Source: an uncultured delta proteobacterium (GTDB lineage: Bacteria; Myxococcota_A; Polyangia; Polyangiales; Polyangiaceae). From it: a stretch of DNA of 64,000 nt. Each line of letters starts with the position of its first letter. Positions within the stretch are counted from its first letter, which is position 1. The position numbers were made by a program, and so were the translations under genes. The stretch lies in assembly GCA_963696385.1 (NCBI GenBank), contig CAVOKF010000004.1:192001-256000 (forward strand), in the 5' to 3' direction. The notes beneath the pieces were generated by a model, which was given only the letters and a program-made list of their open reading frames with translations, was not told where the DNA came from and did not search any database. This document shows positions 28,819-38,399 of the stretch, in pieces.

Positions 28819-30138
28819 TCACGACGGATGAGTCGTCGCCCGCTTGGGCGCGCGGAAGACCGCCATGGCCCAGGCACCGGCCGCGAGCGCGGCCGCCAAA
28901 GCGGCCCCGGCGACCACGTCGAAGGCCTCGGACCACCCGTGGCCCTCGGCCACGGCGCCGAGCACCACCCCAGCCGCGCTGGCACCCACGTAACCGGCAC
29001 TATCGATCACACCGGAGGCGGTCGCCGCGCCGCGTCTGCCGGAAACGTCGAGCGCAATCGCGCCGGCCAGCAGCGAATACGGTCCCAGGAGAAAGAGGCC
29101 TACGGCACCGATGAGAAACGCCGCCGCAATCGGCGAGCGGACGCCCCCATGGGCAAGCGTGAGAACGAGAACGACGACCACGACCAGCGAGACGGCCATC
29201 ACGGGCGCGCGTCGTCCAGGACCGAAGCGATCGCTGATCGCCCCCATGGACAGGGCAGAGACCACGCCCGCCGCCGGGAATATCGCGCTTTTCGCGATGG
29301 ACCCGGAAACGGCGGCGTGCCCAGCTGCGCGCGACACCTCGTAGAGATACGTCGGAGTCCAGGTCAGAAATCCGATTCGCAAGAACGTGAGAAGCGCCGA
29401 GAGCACGACGACGATCCAGAACGCGGGCTGCGTGGCCAGAGCGCGGAGCACCGCCCTCATCGACGAGTCATCAATCGCGAGGGACGCGTCGTGCGTCACG
29501 ACGGAGATCGCGTCGGTCGAGAACGGATCGTCCTCGGCGCCGACCGCGACGACCGGGCGTCCGTTCGGCGTCGGACCCCGTGGTGGATCGCTCAGGACCC
29601 GACCGGCGAGAAGGCCGACGCCCGCCAACAGGATGGGGTTGATGACGAACAGCGGCCGGAAGCCGGGCAACGTAGCGGTGATCGCGCTGCAGAGAAGAAT
29701 GGCGACGACGTTGCCCAGCTCGTAACTCGTCGACAAGACGCCCATCACGCGCCCGTGATGCGGGCGGTCGAAGTGATGCGCGACGACGTCGACGGCTGCG
29801 CTCCAACCCCCGGATTGGAAGATGCGGTTCATCGAGGCGAACGCGATGAAGGCCCCGAGTGAGCTCGACGCTCCGAATGCGAGCGTGGCGACCACCGAGC
29901 CAAACGCGGCGATCACGATGAGGCGCTTGCCGCCGATGACGTCGCCGAGTGCCCCGGTAACGAGCTTACCGACCGCGTAGCACGCGATCGGAATCGACGA
30001 CAGAAGACCGAGCTCGGTCTTCGTGAAACCGAAGGACATCGCGAGCAGAGGCAGCGATGCGTCGACGTTCGCGCGGCACAGGTAAAAGCCTCCGTACGCG
30101 ACCACGAGCATGAAAAGTACGTGGCGGCGATCGCGCAT
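28819..30138 (-). CDS. MFS transporter, organophosphate:Pi antiporter (GlpT/UhpC)-like
   Basis: YGGFYLCRAN, YAVGK, FQSGGW, GAISDRFG, GVIDSAGYVG; about 12 TM helices. Confidence 0.88.
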   Translation of the reverse strand: MRDRRHVLFMLVVAYGGFYLCRANVDASLPLLAMSFGFTKTELGLLSSIPIACYAVGKLVTGALGDVIGGKRLIVIAAFGSVVATLAFGASSSLGAFIAFASMNRIFQSGGWSAAVDVVAHHFDRPHHGRVMGVLSTSYELGNVVAILLCSAITATLPGFRPLFVINPILLAGVGLLAGRVLSDPPRGPTPNGRPVVAVGAEDDPFSTDAISVVTHDASLAIDDSSMRAVLRALATQPAFWIVVVLSALLTFLRIGFLTWTPTYLYEVSRAAGHAAVSGSIAKSAIFPAAGVVSALSMGAISDRFGPGRRAPVMAVSLVVVVVLVLTLAHGGVRSPIAAAFLIGAVGLFLLGPYSLLAGAIALDVSGRRGAATASGVIDSAGYVGASAAGVVLGAVAEGHGWSEAFDVVAGAALAAALAAGAWAMAVFRAPKRATTHPS

Positions 30139-30187
30139 GGTCTTGTCCCGGCGGGGGTTTGGTGTACGGTGCTGTCCCCTGCCTTTC

Positions 30188-30275
30188 GGAGAGGTGACCG
30201 AGTGGCCGAAGGTACCCGCTTGCTAAGCGGGCGCAGGTCAAAAGCCTGCCGCGGGTTCGAATCCCGCCCTCTCCG
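30188..30275 (+). tRNA. tRNA-Ser(GCT)
   Basis: GGAGAGG/CCTCTCC acceptor stem; anticodon arm CCCGC-TTGCTAA-GCGGG; long variable arm GCAGGTCAAAAGCCTGC; T-loop GGTTCGAATCC; no encoded CCA. Confidence 0.96.
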
Positions 30276-31400
30276 CAGATTTGCCGGGTTTTTGTGGATC
30301 TTTTTTCGACTTGGGCCAAACGTGGGCCAAACGAACGTACCGCCCCCCCTGTTTTTCGGGCGCTCGGTTGCTCGGGACCCCCACCCCTTCGGGCGGAGCG
30401 AGGAGCGCCGCAGGCAGCGCGGGGAACGGTTCGCCGATGGACCCGGTCAGGTCCTCGGCCATCTTTACCTACCCGAGCGTCGTCGAGATTGTGTCGTGGC
30501 CGGCGCGCCGCTGCATCTTGGCGACGTCCACGCCCGCAAGAGCGAGCCAGGTGATGCCCGTGTCGCGCCATGTCCGGAAGTTGACCTTCATCGTCGTCGC
30601 GCTCTGCTCGGTGAGGCGCGAGCGAGTGACCTTCGCCCGAGCCAGATGCTTGCGCATCCGAATCGACCGAAGGTTCTCGCTCCGCTCCCCCATCATGGGA
30701 AACACCGCCGCGGTGTCGTCCGCGGCTCGGTCATGCATCGCCTTGAGCAGAGGGACGAGCGCCGCAGGGATGGGCACGTCGCGCACCCCGTTGCGGGTCT
30801 TTGGCGGCTTCACCGTCTTCGAGTCTTCGTCGTACGCCTTCGTCACGTGAACGACGGCGGCGTCAAAGTCGACGTCGGTCCAGACAAGCGCACGGAGCTC
30901 ACCAGGGCGCAAGTAAAGGTAGCAGGCGACGGCGTAGAGTTCGCGCCAGTCGCGCGGGACGTCCGCGCACGCCGCGAGCTTGAGAAACTCGGCCGGGTAG
31001 ACGAACGTCTTCGCCTTCGCGTCCGTCTTGTCCGGAGGCTGCACGGTGGCGCACGGGTTGTCCGCCCGGACGCGCAAGTCCCGTCGCTTCGACGTGCACG
31101 CCTCCTTCATCATCGAAGTGAGCACGCTCCACACGTTGCGCGCTCGCGCCCCGCTCAGGCCTGCGCGGCCCCCTTCCTTCCTTCGATCGGCGACGGCGCT
31201 ATCGAGGGCGTCGCGCACGTTCTCCACATCGTCGCGGCTGAGACCCGCGATCGGCTTGCGCCCGATCTCGGGAGCGATCCAGACACTCCACGCGGACTCG
31301 AGATCGCGACTCCGGCGCACCTTTCCGGTCGCCCGGCGATGCTCGAGAAAGCGACCGAAATACCGGGTGCACGTCTCGCCCTGGCGCGCGTCGTGCTGCT
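30238..31400 (-). pseudogene. Tyrosine integrase pseudogene: TAG at the catalytic Tyr, no evident start, 3' end overlapping tRNA-Ser
   Basis: YLYLRPGELRAL, PPKTRNG, FRTWRDTGITW, RAGHDTISTTLG-TAG(30469-30471)-VKMAEDL. The same frame continues to ...ERAGFEPAAGF* inside the tRNA. Confidence 0.88.
30312..30333. repeat. Tandem 11-bp direct repeat, candidate integrase arm-type sites
   Basis: TGGGCCAAACG twice, 37 bp from the tRNA-Ser 3' end. Confidence 0.6.
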
Positions 31401-31523
31401 TAGATCCACGGGCCGTTCCGGTGTTTGCCGACGACGATGCGGTCGCGGTCGGCGTGATCGAGCACCGCGAGGCCTGGCGCGCCGTCCTCGGGGCGGGCCT
31501 GGTAGCCGGCTCGCTTCGCGTCG

Positions 31524-32065
31524 TCAGCGAGGTCTAGAGATTTGGCCCGTGGCCGCCCCATGAAGGACTGCGTGGCTCACCACGGTCTCATCTGCCAGGC
31601 GACGTCTGGGATCGCCTTTGTTTGCAAGTCGAACGGTTCGGCGGCTAATCGACGCCAACTCTTGCACGAGTCGGTTCCGCTCGGAGCCGGTGACCGGTCG
31701 GCGTCGCGGAGTTGCGTGGACAGCGCTTGCTTGCGAGCCAATAGCAAATTCACGTAGTAGGTTAGGACGTTGTCGAATCCGCGAAGCGCCTGAAATCCGG
31801 TCACGCGGATGCGCGTGTTTAGCGCGCCATCTGGAAACAGAAGCCTCGCAAGGCCGACCACTTCTGGGCGCGGCGATCGCTTCAGGTCCTCGAGTTCAGG
31901 CAAGGCCTCCGGCGTGATCTCGACGTCATGTTCGATCAGTAGTCTGCGAACGAGATCCATTCGCGATGGCGCAAAGACGCTGCTATCGCAAATGACGCGA
32001 ACGCCCCCTGCATGCGAGAGAGCGTCCGCTGCCGAGACGGCAAGCTCGCCGTACGCGTACGACAT
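31524..32065 (-). pseudogene. PIN-domain-like protein, frameshifted near 31700 and probably truncated
   Basis: VRVICDSSVF and EITPEALPELEDL match the first two PIN acidic motifs. A shifted frame continues with RRLADETVVSHAVL. Confidence 0.5.
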
Positions 32066-32176
32066 GTCGTTGACGCGCGAGTCCTTAACGTTGGGCAGGC
32101 GTGTCATACGCCTCGGCCGCAATCCGGAGGCGCCCAGAAAATGAAACGCCGAGTTCCGCATCTTCAGTTCGCAGCC

Positions 32177-32775
32177 TCAAACTCGAACAGGCTCACGTGA
32201 TCCTGGTCCGACGAAGCCGTCCACGACGAAACGCACAGCGCCCGGTGCCTGCGCGACGTGCTTGGCTCGCTCCTCATCGCACGAGACCCTCGGTTGGATG
32301 GCGTCCGCCGCGCTGCCCGCAAACCGATAGAGCACGTGCTGCGCCGTTGTCGGGTCGTCGCCACCGATCTCCACCTGGACATACCCTGCGTCCCCCAGGG
32401 CTTCAGGCTGAGCCGCGCGGCAAAGTCGGTCACTCGGACCCTGTGCACGCCGTCCAAAAAGCGCAGCGTGCAGACCGTCCCTGGATCGGGGTGGAACGCG
32501 CTCGGCCCGCCCGTACCGCCCATCACGCACGCGTCGACGACGACGACGATCGAGAACGGCTCGACCTCACGGTTGTTGGCCGGTTGTCGTTCAGAAGGGC
32601 ACTCGCCAAAGAAAACGGAGTGCGACGCAAGCACAGGCTGGTTGGGAGAGCCGCTTACCGCGAGGGATCCCGTCCCCGTATAGAGACTCGGCACTGTGGC
32701 GGCACAGCCGCCGGCAAGCACCGACGCGCAAAGGCCGGCGATGACGGCGCGCGTGCCGAGAGTGCGATGGGCCAT
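32177..32775 (-). CDS. Hypothetical lipoprotein, frameshifted in a G5 run (C5 at 32392-32396 on the plus strand)
   Basis: LAGG-C lipobox. Adding one G joins ...SLKPWG to DAGYVQVEIGGDD... Confidence 0.55.
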
Positions 32776-32853
32776 GGTCTTCGACCGGGACATCCATCGT
32801 ACCCTTACGAGGGCGAGTCCGCTCGACGGCGCCGTGACCCGGCCGCGGTCGTG

Positions 32854-33351
32854 TCATGCGCGGACGGATTTTTCGTAGTGGGCCCCCACGCGTACAACCG
32901 CGTCCTCTTCGCTCTCGCTGCGGCCGCGAACGTCTCCAAACGCACCGCAGTCGAGCGACAGCTTCGCCGCCATTGCGCTTGGTTCCGTGAACCGCGGATC
33001 GTCGAGCACTTTGCGGAGCATCCCGTCCGAGACGTGGCTAAACCGAGCGTGACCGTAGGCCACCAGATCGAGCAGCGCGCGCGCAAGGACCGCGGCCTCA
33101 CGACAATCGATTGCCCTAGCAGGGCGCCCGTCCTTGTCTTGCTCTTGGTCAATCTGAATGCTGCGCTTCGCCGTCGCGACGATCCCGACGACCTCGCCAC
33201 GTCGTTGCTCGACGGACGGCGGATTCGCGGGATTGCTTTTAGGCAGGTGTCGCGCCGGGGGCCTCGGGGCTTCCGACAAAGCCTTCGGGGCTGGCCGACC
33301 GTTGGCCCCGTGCGCCTCTCGTTTCGCGTTGTTCCGCTCGTCAACCGCCAT
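32854..33351 (-). CDS. Hypothetical protein
   Basis: 165-aa ORF with an AGAGG RBS-like sequence; no recognised motif. Confidence 0.45.
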   Translation of the reverse strand: MAVDERNNAKREAHGANGRPAPKALSEAPRPPARHLPKSNPANPPSVEQRRGEVVGIVATAKRSIQIDQEQDKDGRPARAIDCREAAVLARALLDLVAYGHARFSHVSDGMLRKVLDDPRFTEPSAMAAKLSLDCGAFGDVRGRSESEEDAVVRVGAHYEKSVRA

Positions 33352-33466
33352 GCGTCAACCTCTCTGCCGTCCTTGAGGACCGGACTGAACCATCGATGGC
33401 CACCTCGCAGTTCGAGTGGCCAGCGACTTCGAATCGAACGGACTCATCCTTGGTGCGTGGACGCGC

Positions 33467-34186
33467 TCAGGGAGTGCGCGCATCGGGCGGCTTCGCCGGC
33501 CTCGCCACGGGCATCGGCTGACTTTGGCTTTGCCATTGCAAGTCGAAGTCGGCGTCGCCTGCGCGCTCGAGCTGCCGGAGCCGGAGTGTGGCGTTGACTC
33601 CGAACGCTCGAACGGCCCCCTCGAGGACACCGTAGTGGTAGCAGTCGACAAAGCTGTAAGCGCCGCGCAATGCATAGCGGTAATGGCCGTCCCTTAGCCG
33701 CGTCGCCTCGACCGAGGAACCGGGCAACGCCAGCGCATACGCCTTCGGCGACGTCCGGATCACGTCCTCGAGCCGGTCTCCCAACGCGAAGAGTACGACT
33801 CGACCGGCCATGGTCGCGGCAAAACTGGTGTAGGAGATCCAGCCCATGCGCCGGAGCCCCTCCTGCGTCGGCTCCCTCGGGTGGACGAGCCGAGCCGCGT
33901 TGTGGACGATCCGCATGAAGTCCCGGAGGGGGTAACCGGCGAAGGGCACCCACCGAGAGCGCTTGGTCCCTTCGTACAGTCCCTCCGGCTCGGAGCCCAG
34001 GCGGTCGCGCACGTGGTCCACGAGGTACGTGAAGAACGTTCCCTTGGTCGTGGCCCACTTCGGGCACCGCTCGAGACTCGCTTCGATGTCCACGTTCGCG
34101 CGAAATGAAGGCACCTTGAAGTCGGTGTCCTCAGGCGAAATGGGCTGGGCGAGGGTCGTGCCCTTTTCCTCGCGTGCCCCTACCAT
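33467..34186 (-). CDS. DUF2378 (myxobacterial TIGR02265-type) protein
   Basis: TKGTFF, VPFAGYPLRDF, EGLRRMG, FAATMAGRV, GVLEGA, terminal LQW. Confidence 0.78.
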   Translation of the reverse strand: MVGAREEKGTTLAQPISPEDTDFKVPSFRANVDIEASLERCPKWATTKGTFFTYLVDHVRDRLGSEPEGLYEGTKRSRWVPFAGYPLRDFMRIVHNAARLVHPREPTQEGLRRMGWISYTSFAATMAGRVVLFALGDRLEDVIRTSPKAYALALPGSSVEATRLRDGHYRYALRGAYSFVDCYHYGVLEGAVRAFGVNATLRLRQLERAGDADFDLQWQSQSQPMPVARPAKPPDARTP

Positions 34187-34450
34187 GCCCCGAATACGGA
34201 TCGCCGTTGCGCATCCTTAATAACGTCCGCGCTCCATCGATCGCGCGGCCTTTCGTAGTCAGTCGACTTTCCTCCAATCTTCCCGCGTTTCCATTTGGCG
34301 GTGCATGTAGCCAAACCTATGGCGTGCCACCGCCGCCTACCCTCGTGGCGACGCCCTCGCGGGAACGGTGCTCCCATCGCATCGGTCCGGGGGGTCGGCT
34401 TCGCCGTCCGCCGCGTCGGGTCGGCCGGACCCCTGGACGTTGGACGGCCC

Positions 34451-35710
34451 TCAAGCTCGTGCCGCGAGGACCCTGCGGATCGCCTCGGTCAGATGCGCGA
34501 GATCGTCATCGCCGATCACGAACGCGGGCGTCAGGTAAACGACGCGCCCCATCGGGCGGATCCAGACGCCTTCGTCGGCGAAGCGCGAGCAGAGGCCGGG
34601 TGCGTCGACGACCCGATCGAATTCCACCACGCCGATCGCGCCCCTCGTGCGCACATCGACCACTCCGCGCAGACCGCGGCAGGGCTCCAGTCCGTCGCGC
34701 AGTCCCCGTTCGATGCGCCTGACGTCGCCGACCCACGAACCGTCCTGAAAGAGGTCGAGCGACGCATGGGCCGCGGCGCACGCCAACGGGTTCGCCATGT
34801 AGGTCGGACCGTGCATGAGCGCCGCGCGCGGATCATCGGACCAGAAGGCATCGAACACGCGCGCGCTCGCGATCGCCGCCGACAGCGGCAACGTGCCCCC
34901 GGTGAGCGCCTTGGAGATCGTGACGATGTCGGGCGTCACGCCCGAGACTTGACAGACAAAGAGCGAACCGGTGCGGCCAAAGCCGGTGAAGATCTCGTCG
35001 AAAATCAGGAGGACGTCGTGCCGGTCGGCGAGCTCGCGCAACCGAACGAGCACCTCGGCATCGTGAAACAACATGCCCCCGGCACCTTGCACTCCGGGCT
35101 CCACCACGATCGCGGCGATCGCGGCTCTGTGGATCGCGAGGAAGTCATCCAGCGCAGCCAGGTCGGTGTGATCGCGGGGTAGGGCGAGTACGTGCTGCGC
35201 GGGCATCGCCCCCGCGAACAAGGTGTGCATGCCCTCCTCGGGGTCGCAGAGCGCCATCGTCGCGAGGGTGTCGCCGTGATACCCGCCGAGAAACGAGACG
35301 AATTGCCGGCGGCCCGACTCACCCCGGTTGGTCCAGTATTGGATGGCCATTTTCATGGCGATCTCGACGGCCACCGACCCGGACTCGGCGAAGAAGACGT
35401 GATCCAAGGTGCCGGGCAGCAGACAGGCCAATCGTGTGGCGAGCCGATACGCAGGCTCGTGCGCCAACCCGCCGAACATGACGTGCGGCAAACGATCGAG
35501 CTGTGCCCGAACCGCTTCGCGAATGTGCGGATGGTTGTACCCGTGGCATGCCGTCCACCACGAGGCGATCCCGTCGACCAGTTCGCGACCGTCTTCCAGA
35601 ACGATCCGGGCACCGTGCGTTCTGACGACCCGAAGTGGCTCCGGCGCGCCTTTCATCTGACAATACGGGCGCCAGACGTGCTTTGCACCCTCGACAAGCC
35701 AGTCGCGCAT
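34451..35710 (-). CDS. bioA: Adenosylmethionine-8-amino-7-oxononanoate aminotransferase
   Basis: HVWRPYCQM, DGIASWWTACHGYNHP, ESGSVAVEIAMKMA, GYHGDT, DEIFTGFGRTG, SKALTGG, HGPTYMANP. Confidence 0.95.
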   Translation of the reverse strand: MRDWLVEGAKHVWRPYCQMKGAPEPLRVVRTHGARIVLEDGRELVDGIASWWTACHGYNHPHIREAVRAQLDRLPHVMFGGLAHEPAYRLATRLACLLPGTLDHVFFAESGSVAVEIAMKMAIQYWTNRGESGRRQFVSFLGGYHGDTLATMALCDPEEGMHTLFAGAMPAQHVLALPRDHTDLAALDDFLAIHRAAIAAIVVEPGVQGAGGMLFHDAEVLVRLRELADRHDVLLIFDEIFTGFGRTGSLFVCQVSGVTPDIVTISKALTGGTLPLSAAIASARVFDAFWSDDPRAALMHGPTYMANPLACAAAHASLDLFQDGSWVGDVRRIERGLRDGLEPCRGLRGVVDVRTRGAIGVVEFDRVVDAPGLCSRFADEGVWIRPMGRVVYLTPAFVIGDDDLAHLTEAIRRVLAARA

Positions 35711-35742
35711 GACCGATTCCCTCTGGCACGATAGAGCATCGA

Positions 35743-36441
35743 ATGCCCGATTTGCCGACCACGAGCCCGGGGGGATGGTTCCAGCCGATGCGCGACGATC
35801 GGCCCAACGACACGCCCTGGCCCGCCATGGTGTGGCCGCCAACCTCGACGCGTCTGACCGGACACGTCGTCGAGCTATCGCCGTGCGACCCAGACCGGGA
35901 CGCGAGTCCCTTGTTCCATGCCCTCCATCACGACGCGGTCTGGCGCTACATCCCGGGTCGGCCCCCGGACGCCGAACGGTTCGCCGGGACCCTCGCAAAA
36001 CTGCGGGCAGAAGGCCGTTTTGTCTGGATCGTACGTCTGCGGCGACCGTACGCCGGGCAGGCTGCCGGTGCCATCGTCGGAACCTCCTCGTACCTCGATG
36101 TCTCCGTGCCGGATGCTCGCGTGGAGGTCGGGGCCACGGCCTACATGCCGGCCGCGTGGGGCACGAACGTGAACCCGGACACGAAACGGCTGTTGCTGGC
36201 ACACGCCTTCGAAACGCTCGGTGTCGGTCGGGTCCAGCTGAAGACCGACGTGCGCAATGTTCGTTCCCAGCAGGCGATTGCGCGGCTGGGGGCCCGGTGC
36301 GAAGGGACGCTGCGACGGCATCAGCGGCGCGACGACGGAACGGTCCGCGACTCGGTGTTATTTTCCATTCTAGCCGAAGAGTGGCCAAGCGTTCGCGAGG
36401 GCCTTATTGCAAGACTGAAGGAGGCGGACGGTGCGAGCTGA
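35743..36441 (+). CDS. RimJ/RimL-type GNAT N-acetyltransferase
   Basis: VEVGAT, WGTNVN, HAFETLGVGRVQLKTDVRNVRSQQAIARLGA..EGTLR, RDSVLFSIL..EW. Start uncertain. Confidence 0.88.
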   Translation: MPDLPTTSPGGWFQPMRDDRPNDTPWPAMVWPPTSTRLTGHVVELSPCDPDRDASPLFHALHHDAVWRYIPGRPPDAERFAGTLAKLRAEGRFVWIVRLRRPYAGQAAGAIVGTSSYLDVSVPDARVEVGATAYMPAAWGTNVNPDTKRLLLAHAFETLGVGRVQLKTDVRNVRSQQAIARLGARCEGTLRRHQRRDDGTVRDSVLFSILAEEWPSVREGLIARLKEADGAS

Positions 36442-37132
36442 CCTCCGCCGGCCGATGCTTGCCATCGTGCCGATGATCGCTCTTGTTGGGTGGTTCGGTT
36501 GCGAGCAGCGCTTTTCCGACAATCCGCCTTTGCTCGGTCCCGAGAGCTTCCCGTCTGGTTCGTCGTCGACTTCGTTAGAGGCGCTGTTTGCGCCAAGCCC
36601 CGACGCCGGTGCTTTGGTTCACGACATCTTTCACGCGATGACCGTCACCCTGTGCTCGAGCCTCGCGCCGTGCGGCGCGTCGGAGGGCGACGCTTCGGTC
36701 GGCATGCGTTACCACGTCGTCTTCGGCTCGGGGCGAGGCGAAATCCGGTCGCGGGGGCAGGCGATGGCCGACCTCTACGAAGAACTGCGGAACCGGCTGT
36801 CGGCCGGCGAACGGCTCAACGCAGAACCACATGCTCCGGGCCGTTCGGGTGCTACCGGCCCCGGCGATGCCGGGAGAATCCCTGCGCTCGGCGGAGGCTC
36901 CGGCCCCGAGGCAAACACAGGCAGCAGCGATCCGATCGCGAGGTGCGCGTTCCACCTCATTAAGCTAGTCGAAGACGCCGGCGAGGTGGACCTCGATGTG
37001 GTCCATGGGAGCGGGTCGAACCGGTGCCTGGTGTCGGTGGGCTATTCCGCTCCGAGCAGCGGAGCGTCGGAGTGCCTCCTGCAGGAGCCCGAGCGTCCCC
37101 GCCCTCCTGGACGAAAGGGATTCTCATTTTGA
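36431..37132 (+). CDS. Hypothetical Cys-containing lipoprotein
   Basis: Hydrophobic N-terminus ending WFG-C; overlaps the GNAT stop codon. Confidence 0.55.
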   Translation: MRADLRRPMLAIVPMIALVGWFGCEQRFSDNPPLLGPESFPSGSSSTSLEALFAPSPDAGALVHDIFHAMTVTLCSSLAPCGASEGDASVGMRYHVVFGSGRGEIRSRGQAMADLYEELRNRLSAGERLNAEPHAPGRSGATGPGDAGRIPALGGGSGPEANTGSSDPIARCAFHLIKLVEDAGEVDLDVVHGSGSNRCLVSVGYSAPSSGASECLLQEPERPRPPGRKGFSF

Positions 37133-37295
37133 GAGGGGTGACGACGCTCGGGCAATCACCGGGCTCCCGAGTGCCTACCTCCGGCATCGGGGTGGGCCGG
37201 CCATCCCGAGACAGCGTTCTGCGCGCCGATTGCATCGTGTTCGCAGAACGCGCATGATTTGGGGTAGGTGGGCGGGGCGCGGCCACACCCCAGAT

Positions 37296-38399
37296 ATGTC
37301 GAAGCGAACCTCCCTCTGGCTGCCGAGTCTTTTTGCTCTCGTGTGCGGCGGATGCCAAGCCTCCGCCCATGGCGCTGGGGTCGAAAGCCACGGCGGCGAC
37401 AACGACAGCAGCCTTCCAGCGCCGGACGCGGACACCGGCGGCTCGTCAGTGGCCGATGCGGACAACGGAGACGACTCGTCGAGCGGCTCGTCGGTGGCCG
37501 ATGCGGACAACGGAGGCGACGACGTCGGCGTGGGGGCTTCCGGCACCGACGCCTCGCGATCGGCTTCCGACGGGTCCCCTGAAGCCGGAGGCGAGGCCGA
37601 CGTCGACGCAGCCGCCTCTTCCGAGGCCGGTGCACACTCCGACGCTTCCTTGAGTGACGCAGGGGGCAAAGCGCCCTTCAAGGGCGTCGCCGGATCCGAT
37701 TGCGCCGAGCTCGTGAGCCTGAACGTCTCCTGGTGGTACGACTGGGAGCAGGGTCCCACGGGCTGCACGTCGACTCCGTTCGTGCCGATGGTTTGGGGGC
37801 ATGCGAACGAGCAGACTGCCGCGGGCATCGCCAGCGAAGTCAGCGCGGGCGTGACGGCCGGCTACACGTACGTCCTGGGCTTCAACGAGCCGGACAACGC
37901 GAGCCAATCGAACATTCCGGTAGCGACGGCGATTTCGCTCTGGCCGTCGTTCAACAACCCCTCGGTGCTCATCGGTAGTCCTGCCACTCAGGGCAATGCG
38001 ACGGGCCTCGCGTGGATCCAAGATTTCATGACCCAGGTCAATGCCGATACCTCCGGCAAGTTGCGAGTCGATTTCATCGCCACGCATTGGTACGGCTGGG
38101 ACACCGGGGCTTGCGACCCCGCAGCCAACACGTTGGAGTCCTGGATCGCAGGGATCGAAGCCATCCCGGGCAACCGTCCCATCTGGCTCACGGAATGGGG
38201 ATGCGACAACGAAAGCAACCCCAATGCCGCGACCGTGGAAGCATTCTACGCAGGCGCCCTTGCGATGTTCGCGAAGCATCCCCGGGTCGTGCGCTACGCC
38301 TGGTACCAATGGGAGACCTACAACGAGCTCATCGATGCCGATGGGGGCGCTTTGACGACTCTGGGAACATCCTACGCAAACGCGCCCGCCTTCCACTGA
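37296..38399 (+). CDS. Lipoprotein with glycoside hydrolase family 128-like (beta-1,3-glucanase) domain
   Basis: CGG-C lipobox; D/S/G/A linker; SWWYDW, FVPMVWG, LGFNEPD, ATHWY, PIWLTEWG, VVRYAWY. Confidence 0.85.
   Translation: MSKRTSLWLPSLFALVCGGCQASAHGAGVESHGGDNDSSLPAPDADTGGSSVADADNGDDSSSGSSVADADNGGDDVGVGASGTDASRSASDGSPEAGGEADVDAAASSEAGAHSDASLSDAGGKAPFKGVAGSDCAELVSLNVSWWYDWEQGPTGCTSTPFVPMVWGHANEQTAAGIASEVSAGVTAGYTYVLGFNEPDNASQSNIPVATAISLWPSFNNPSVLIGSPATQGNATGLAWIQDFMTQVNADTSGKLRVDFIATHWYGWDTGACDPAANTLESWIAGIEAIPGNRPIWLTEWGCDNESNPNAATVEAFYAGALAMFAKHPRVVRYAWYQWETYNELIDADGGALTTLGTSYANAPAFH

Larger units (their letters stand above)
30276..33360. mobile_element. Decayed integrative element remnant at tRNA-Ser; right boundary not located
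   Basis: Dead integrase, gene fragments, a PIN-like gene with atypical codons, and orphan ORFs. No second att copy found by eye. Confidence 0.6.

Noticed and set aside
33350..33375. CAACCTCTCTGCC as a second att copy of the tRNA-Ser 3' end
   Set aside because: The match is too short and degenerate, and it coincides with the RBS of the 32854-33351 ORF on the other strand.
34385..34438. Imperfect inverted repeat downstream of bioA
   Set aside because: Large loop, mismatches and no U-tract; cannot be called a terminator or element.
35724..35738. TGGCACG...AGCA as a sigma54 promoter for the GNAT gene
   Set aside because: GG-to-GC spacing is 9 rather than the required 10.
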